From Phycisphaerales bacterium UBA1924 (GTDB lineage: Bacteria; Planctomycetota; Phycisphaerae; Phycisphaerales; UBA1924), in assembly GCA_965283805.1 (NCBI GenBank), contig CBDIPV010000001.1:1510925-1574924 (forward strand): 64,000 nucleotides of DNA, written 5' to 3'. A program made the position numbers and the translations under genes. A model generated the notes under the pieces. The model was not told the DNA's origin. It saw only the letters and a list, made by a program, of their open reading frames with translations, and searched no databases. Positions 57,693 to 64,000 of the stretch are shown piece after piece; the stretch's first letter is position 1, and each line of letters begins with the position of its first letter.

Positions 57693-58358
57693 ATGACCGA
57701 AAACAGCTCCAAGTTTCTGAGCGGCATTTCCAAGCGGACTCCCAAGCAGTGGGCGTTTGTGGGCGTGATTTTCACGTTGCTGGTTTCGAGCGTGCTCTGG
57801 CTGGGATGGCGACGCCAGTACCCGCCGACGTGGGTCGACGCGATCGTGTATGACCAGCAGGCAGACACGTTTACGGTTGATGTTGCCGACCTCCCTTTGC
57901 TGATACTTCGCGCGCCCAATGAGGAGATCGAGCTCGTCACGATCATCGATGGTGAGCGGGTTGAGGGCATCATCCCCGATGAGCGGTTTCGTGTGGGTCC
58001 GCCTGTCACGGTGCAACCAAATCAGTTTGTGCACAAAAACATGCTGTGGGCCTATCCGCGGGATGAGCAGCTGCCCGCAGGCATGGCTTACGGACCACCA
58101 CAAGCCTGGCGTTGCCCGCGCTCACTCGAATTCGTACAAGGATCCTGGGTGTTGCGATACGAGCACCTTTACCTGCTCGACAGGCGGGTTGGTCAGCCGC
58201 TCAAGGTCTCACAAGGCTTGGTGGAGAATCGTATTGGTCAGACAATGCCGGGTTTCTCGTTCCAAACGCAGGGGATGATGGGGCGTTGCGGCACGGGGTT
58301 GTACCAGGAAACCGGGTTTGCTGACCGTGTGCTCCGATTCTTTAGCGGCTTGTTCTGA
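57693..58358 (+). CDS. hypothetical membrane protein
   Basis: One N-terminal TM (WAFVGVIFTLLVSSVLWLGW). 221 aa with no recognised domain. Confidence 0.55.
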   Translation: MTENSSKFLSGISKRTPKQWAFVGVIFTLLVSSVLWLGWRRQYPPTWVDAIVYDQQADTFTVDVADLPLLILRAPNEEIELVTIIDGERVEGIIPDERFRVGPPVTVQPNQFVHKNMLWAYPRDEQLPAGMAYGPPQAWRCPRSLEFVQGSWVLRYEHLYLLDRRVGQPLKVSQGLVENRIGQTMPGFSFQTQGMMGRCGTGLYQETGFADRVLRFFSGLF

Positions 58359-58372
58359 CGCCGATCAGCGGC

Positions 58373-59548
58373 TCAGTTCCGGGCGTGCTGCACAGCGATG
58401 AGGGCGTAGGCGGCGATCAGGATGTCGTTGTTCTCCATCCAGCGGGACTCAAGCGTTCTGAAAGCGCCGTTGTTGAACTGCAGCTCATAGATCTTGTCGA
58501 TCATCTCCTCGCGCCAGTTCCGCCCGTTGATTTCGTCCACACCCGATGCATCGAGCGCCCGCGCCATGGTGCAAAGGTAGTAGTAATACCCCTGCATCCC
58601 CAGGCCCGGGTTCTCCTCGAGCGTGTAGTTGTTTTCGATCCACTTCCAAGCGTCAATCATCCGCTGGTCGTCGGAGTCGAGGTTGGAGAAGAGCAGCGAC
58701 TTGAAGCCCGCGTACGTCATGGAGCCGTATGCACGCAGACGGACGATCTCCGCGCCGCCCTCGGTGGTTTCGGTGGTGGTTCCGGCCATCGATTGCCCCA
58801 CGATGCCGTCCACTGATTCTATGTTGGGCACGGTCGCATAGATAAAGCCGCCCTGGTCCGAGCCTTCAGCGTACGGCATCGAGTTGACCTGGTCGCTCAT
58901 CTGCACACGCGCCAGAAAGACCTGGGCTCGCTGGAACGCGACATCGTTGGTCGAGACGCCCGCGTCGTGCAGCGCCTGGATGAAGAAGCTCAGATTGGAG
59001 AGGTCAGGACGCCCGTGCTTGCCATAGCCCACGCCGCCGTAATACGGGTGGTCGATCGTGATGGGCTCCTCGAAGCCGGGGTCGTTGGGGTTGTCGCTGT
59101 TGGTGTCGCTGTACTGCAGGGTACGGAGAAACCCAGTCGCGTTGAGCATGGCATCGAGCGCCTCGGGCCTGTTCACCATCGAGAGCGCCGAGATGCAGAT
59201 CGCGGTGTTATAGCTGGGGAGGATGTCTTTATAGATGCCCCCGTCGGGCTGGACATGCTTGAGCATGTAGCGTGTCGCTGTGGTGACCAAGGGGTGGCGC
59301 TCGTCAACACCGGGGTCGAGCATGAACCCGGTGATCACCAGACCAGTGATCGCGGGCAGCGTCTGGGTTTCAGGGTCGTCGTCGAAGCCCATCGTCTCCA
59401 TGTGCTGACGGCTGATCAGGTATTCCATGGCTCGCGAGGCGATCACCTCAGCGCGGCGCTTGTGCTCGGCGCTGATGTTCGAGCCCTGCGCAACGCAGAG
59501 CGGGGACAGCAGGGCGAGGGTCAATACGCAAAGAACGGCTTTGTACAT
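58373..59548 (-). CDS. secreted prenyltransferase/squalene-oxidase-repeat (terpene-cyclase-like toroid) protein
   Basis: Signal peptide MYKAVLCVLTLALLSPLCVAQG (ATG 59548, GGAG 9 nt upstream). It has PDGGIY, YYGGVGYG and DQGGFIY repeats. Paralogous in type to 11549..12607. Confidence 0.7.
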   Translation of the reverse strand: MYKAVLCVLTLALLSPLCVAQGSNISAEHKRRAEVIASRAMEYLISRQHMETMGFDDDPETQTLPAITGLVITGFMLDPGVDERHPLVTTATRYMLKHVQPDGGIYKDILPSYNTAICISALSMVNRPEALDAMLNATGFLRTLQYSDTNSDNPNDPGFEEPITIDHPYYGGVGYGKHGRPDLSNLSFFIQALHDAGVSTNDVAFQRAQVFLARVQMSDQVNSMPYAEGSDQGGFIYATVPNIESVDGIVGQSMAGTTTETTEGGAEIVRLRAYGSMTYAGFKSLLFSNLDSDDQRMIDAWKWIENNYTLEENPGLGMQGYYYYLCTMARALDASGVDEINGRNWREEMIDKIYELQFNNGAFRTLESRWMENNDILIAAYALIAVQHARN

Positions 59549-59575
59549 CTTCTTCATCTCCAAGTGTATCTATGC

Positions 59576-60316
59576 CTAGGAGCCAGATTCTGGATTCGAG
59601 CAGATCACCATCGCTGACGCGGCAGCCGCGGCGGCTTCGATCCGGAGCACGAACAGACCAAACCGGCGAACCCGTGCCTGGGTATCAACGAACACCTGCC
59701 GTTCGGCATTGCTCCATCCGCCCTCAGGACCCACCAAAATCAGTGTTCGTGACGAAAAATCGGCTGCCCCACACCAAACAGGCCCCGAAGCATCGGCAAC
59801 CACGGCAGCCGGATCTTGGATCGCCGACTCAAATGCGATCGGTTCTCCGATCTCCATTCGCCACGGGCGTCGGCACTGCTTCATCGCCTCGTCACTGATC
59901 CGCATGAGTTTGTCTGGGCGCACCGTCTCAGCCCGGCGCTGCGAACGATCGCAAATCAGTGGACAATAACGAGTTACGCCAATTTGGGCGAGCAGGTCAA
60001 TCATCCGATCAAGCCGGTCACCCTTGGGTAGTGCCGCAGCAACCTCAACGACCGGGCTGATCGGCGCGGTTTGCTCCCAGTGATCAACCCTGATGTCCAG
60101 CACCGGGTTTGAGCGTGACCCCCCTACGCTTTGGAGCGTTCCTGATGCGTGGTGCCCCTCGCCGTCGAGCAGGCCGATCCGCTCGCCGGGCCGAACGCGT
60201 TTCACGCGAGCCGCGTGATGGGCTTCCTGACCCGCGACCTCGATCGGATCACCGATCTTGACCCGCGAAAGGTCCGAGAACAACACGCAATGGGCGATCG
60301 GGTCATCGGTCGGCAT
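59576..60316 (-). CDS. rsmE: 16S rRNA (uracil1498-N3)-methyltransferase RsmE
   Basis: From ATG 60316. EAHHAARVKRVRPGE, ALPKGDRLDRMIDLLAQIGV and ILVGPEGGWSNAE motifs. Confidence 0.8.
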   Translation of the reverse strand: MPTDDPIAHCVLFSDLSRVKIGDPIEVAGQEAHHAARVKRVRPGERIGLLDGEGHHASGTLQSVGGSRSNPVLDIRVDHWEQTAPISPVVEVAAALPKGDRLDRMIDLLAQIGVTRYCPLICDRSQRRAETVRPDKLMRISDEAMKQCRRPWRMEIGEPIAFESAIQDPAAVVADASGPVWCGAADFSSRTLILVGPEGGWSNAERQVFVDTQARVRRFGLFVLRIEAAAAAASAMVICSNPESGS

Positions 60317-60362
60317 AGAGCAAGCGTATGCGAACTTGGCCGCGGATGTATCATGACCGCGT

Positions 60363-62129
60363 TTGATAAAACGGCCGATATGTCTTGAGAACGAGCCCAA
60401 ACTTCCCGATGATCGCACTGTCTTGAGCCGCAAAGAAAACAAACCTGAGCCCCAGGAACTCAACCTGGAAGATGCGATCGATGCCCTGCTCGCGCAGGTC
60501 GATACCACCTGCACCGAGGTTGAGAACCCGAGGGCGGCCAAGGCGATCCCCGGCGCGTTGCCCCCACTTCAAGGGACAACCGAAGCTCGGGCTTCACAGG
60601 ACGCTGCCACACCAGAGGGGTCGCAAGAACCCGAAGCCCCGCAAGCAGATGAAAACGAAGAACCTGAGGATGCGCAACCCGAGCACGCCTCGGCTGAAGA
60701 TCAGCAGCGCGACGCGCTGGACGCACTCGACCAGGTCCAAGACATGACGCAATCGCTGATCGAAGACTCGATCGATCAGCTGCTCAGCGAAACACAGACC
60801 CAAACGGACACAGATTCATCGCCTGACTCGCCGCAGGACGAATCGGCTGCATCTGAAACTTCAACTGATGTGCCAGCTGAAGAACCAGTGACCGATGAAG
60901 CTGATATCGATGCGCAGCTCGACGCACTCGATGGGCCAGAAGCAACTCAGCCCGAACAGCCCGCAGACACACAAACTGACACACAGACTGACTCACAGAC
61001 TGACGCACAAGAGGCCGCGCCGGCAGAGTCTGCGGCTGCAGAACAAGCATCAGAGACAGAACCAGAACCGCTTGCGGACTCCGATGATCTGCTCAACGCA
61101 ATCGCCGATGATCTCACCAACGCCGCCGAATCACCCGGGGCCCCGGATGCCGCCGAGCGCTCCTCCAAGACACAATCCGAAACGGCCGCTGAGGATCCGA
61201 CCGCCGCACAATCCCAGAGCGATGAGACAGCCGAGCAAATCACCGACATGCCGACCGACGAGACGACCGCGGAGACGACCGACGAGAGTAACGACGAGGG
61301 AACCAACCGCGAACCCAACCCAGAAGCCAGCCGAGAAGCCAGCCAAGAAGCCGGCGATCCGGTTGCGGCCCAACCCGAGCCAAGCGAGCAAACCAGCGCT
61401 GCGGAGGCCGACAACCAGAGCGAGCAGGACATCCTCTCGACACTCGCGGATCTGGATCAATCGCTCGCGAGCGGCGATGCACTCTTAATGGGCGACTTTG
61501 AGACACCCGATGGCGATCTGATCAGCTCTGAGTCACTCCAAGACGTGCACGACGCAACCGCACTGCTTGAACAGCTCGGCCTCGACACGCTCGACTTTGA
61601 AACCCCGCCGCCCGAGCAGGCAGACCAAGAAACGACCTTCGATGCCAAGGCATCACTCGATCAGGCGGGAACCGTTCCGGCCACGCAAACCGGGGTGCCG
61701 ACTCAGCAGCACCCAGCAGCCGGTGAACCAACACCGGCGGGACAGCAGCCGTCGCTGCGCCCCAAGGCGCTCGAACCGGTGCCGCTGATGCTCGAACCCG
61801 ATGCGGAGGTCGAATCGATCTGGCAGACCGCACGGCGTGTGATTGTCCCGCGAACCCAGCACGCGCTGCAGCTCGCACGCACCCACGCCGGTCCGCTGGG
61901 GGCGCGGGCGGTGCTTGCGATCAACAAGCCCATCAAAGAGCGTCCCGCGCAGCTGCGTGATTCGATCGGCTACCTCGCGCTATGGACACTGCTGCTGGCG
62001 GTGATTCTGTGGGTCTATCTCGCGTTCATCCGGACAAGCCCCACGCCGACACCGACGCAGGCACCTTCGCGAATGCTGGATGCTCAAGACGCGGGCGGTC
62101 GTGTCGATCCACTACCCGAGTCGCCCTAA
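60363..62129 (+). CDS. highly acidic low-complexity protein with single C-terminal TM helix
   Basis: 588-aa ORF with a TTG start and no early in-frame ATG. D/E/T/Q/A/P-rich with a (TQTD)n run. The C-terminal helix is IGYLALWTLLLAVILWVYLAFI. Codon pattern is coding-like. Confidence 0.55.
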   Translation: MIKRPICLENEPKLPDDRTVLSRKENKPEPQELNLEDAIDALLAQVDTTCTEVENPRAAKAIPGALPPLQGTTEARASQDAATPEGSQEPEAPQADENEEPEDAQPEHASAEDQQRDALDALDQVQDMTQSLIEDSIDQLLSETQTQTDTDSSPDSPQDESAASETSTDVPAEEPVTDEADIDAQLDALDGPEATQPEQPADTQTDTQTDSQTDAQEAAPAESAAAEQASETEPEPLADSDDLLNAIADDLTNAAESPGAPDAAERSSKTQSETAAEDPTAAQSQSDETAEQITDMPTDETTAETTDESNDEGTNREPNPEASREASQEAGDPVAAQPEPSEQTSAAEADNQSEQDILSTLADLDQSLASGDALLMGDFETPDGDLISSESLQDVHDATALLEQLGLDTLDFETPPPEQADQETTFDAKASLDQAGTVPATQTGVPTQQHPAAGEPTPAGQQPSLRPKALEPVPLMLEPDAEVESIWQTARRVIVPRTQHALQLARTHAGPLGARAVLAINKPIKERPAQLRDSIGYLALWTLLLAVILWVYLAFIRTSPTPTPTQAPSRMLDAQDAGGRVDPLPESP

Positions 62130-63276
62130 TCATCTTGCGGCGGGTTGTGATCGAGAAGCGATTGCTTCCAGCGGTCGCTGAGCTGCTCAAAGCTGATGCT
62201 CATTTCTTCGCTGGTGGCCTGATCGAGGGTGGCGCCGTGGCCCAGGCGGGTGAACCACGCGTTGCGGGTGTCTTTGCCGAAGGCGTGGTCGATGTAATCA
62301 ATCATCGACCAGCCCTGCAGGTAGACATGCATGGCGTGGTTGACGGCTTCACCCTTAAAATCAGCGAGCAGGTCCCAATCGCGCAGGTCGTTCTTCTTTG
62401 CGAGCCGGGCGATGCGGTCGAGCTTGCGCTCGCGTGAATCACGGAACAAGCCCGCGGCGACCTCCGCGACGCCCTCGAGCGACCACCACGGGGCGAGGTT
62501 GATTTCTGGGCCGTACTCAAAGCTCACGGCATGGCCGACCTCGTGGGCCAGCAGCGGGTCGAGTCGGTCTTGGCCCATCCGATCGCGTCCGAGGATCTTG
62601 ATAGACTCGCCGGGCTCGTTCCAGCCCGAGATCCCGGCGGTGTATGAGGGGTAGATCGAGGCCTGCAGTTCGCTCATCTTGGGGTAGATCTTGACGACAA
62701 CCTCGTGGAGACCGCCCTTGGCGGGGTCGATGCCCATGTCCTGGGCGATGCGATCACGGATTTCGGGGACGCGCTGCAGGGTAAGCTGGGCGATGTCGTT
62801 GTGGATTTCGTCGCAGTAGATGCGCACGCCGGGGGTGTCGGTGAGGGCGATCTCCCAGGCGCGTCCGGCGAAGTGCCATTGGCCGTCGCGGCTGGCGATG
62901 GGTGTGAAGCGGGCGGGCATGTCATAGCGTCGCGGGCTGTCCTCGCTGGTGACTTGCCATGTGAGGGTGAGCGGCGCGACAACGGTGCCATCGACTTCGA
63001 GGATGATCGGCTCGTCCTGATTGAGGGCGAGTTGCAGCGCCTCAACCGGGCTGTGCGAAAGCTCGGCGAACCAGGCGCGGTGCTCGGTCATGAGGACCGG
63101 GTCGCTGGGGTTGAGCTGTGCCATGTAGCCGCCCGAATCGAGCCGCTCAATAGAGGATTGCATGGTGTCGATCACCTGCTGCACCCGCACGGATTCGATG
63201 GCATGGCTGGGCAGCGGTGCGCTGGCCCTGGCGACGCATGCCGCCACCAGCACCACGATGGGGGCGAGGGCACGCA

Positions 63277-63277
<1 letters not shown>
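62126..63277 (-). CDS. secreted putative zinc metallopeptidase (HExxH, MA-clan-like)
   Basis: From ATG 63277 the protein reads MRALAPIVVLVAACVARASA (signal peptide). LLAHEVGHAV has a downstream Glu (WWSLEGVAE). The Arg-rich 141 codons upstream in the track ORF overlap asnS and were rejected. Confidence 0.6.

Positions 63278-64000
<723 letters not shown>

Noticed and set aside
62126-62129. Convergent genes whose stop codons overlap (TAA on plus, TAG on minus)
   Set aside because: This is a real observation but is common in compact genomes. No hairpin or other feature suggests special significance.

Overview
High-GC bacterial chromosomal segment, densely coded on both strands. The gene content looks like Planctomycetota, probably Phycisphaerae-like; this is an inference from gene families, not a database hit. 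About 52 protein genes can be supported. Housekeeping genes are truD, pfk, dnaB, pdxH, hppA, rpsU, trpF, gltA, mrdA-rodA, rsmG, kdsC-kdsD, ispF, rsmE, an aminotransferase and asnS (partial). They are interspersed with envelope and secreted-protein genes. No tRNA, rRNA, CRISPR array, transposase or integrase was recognised. Main points: (1) Six secreted beta-propeller-type proteins (FG-GAP-like or LVIVD-like repeats) all end in the same Cys-bracketed, EF-hand/dockerin-like module that stops exactly at ...GCP or ...GCS. Two pairs are tandem paralogs with nucleotide-level traces of recent duplication or gene conversion. (2) One of these genes sits in a ~1.4 kb lower-GC insertion bounded by a direct duplication of the 3' end of trpF: an intact trpF on one side and a decayed trpF 3' fragment on the other. 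No recombinase gene is present. (3) A tightly coupled 12.3 kb seven-gene minus-strand operon (DUF58, BatA-N, VWA, 1228-aa coiled-coil membrane protein, Q-rich protein, secreted prenyltransferase-like toroid, secreted protein) has its own upstream terminator boundary and lacks the MoxR ATPase that normally precedes DUF58. (4) DnaB carries a 77-aa C-terminal extension ending in an SSB-tip-like acidic ...DDEELPPF. (5) The membrane pyrophosphatase carries a ~115-aa loop insertion. (6) A ~430-nt gene-free stretch ends in a strong intrinsic terminator and contains a perfect Shine-Dalgarno plus a 12-codon micro-ORF. It is a candidate small RNA or micro-protein locus that I could not assign to any known RNA family. 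(7) A 5 x 15-bp TGATCA-containing tandem repeat lies in a convergent intergenic region. Many long ORFs in the supplied track are antisense artefacts of high GC content and were discarded.
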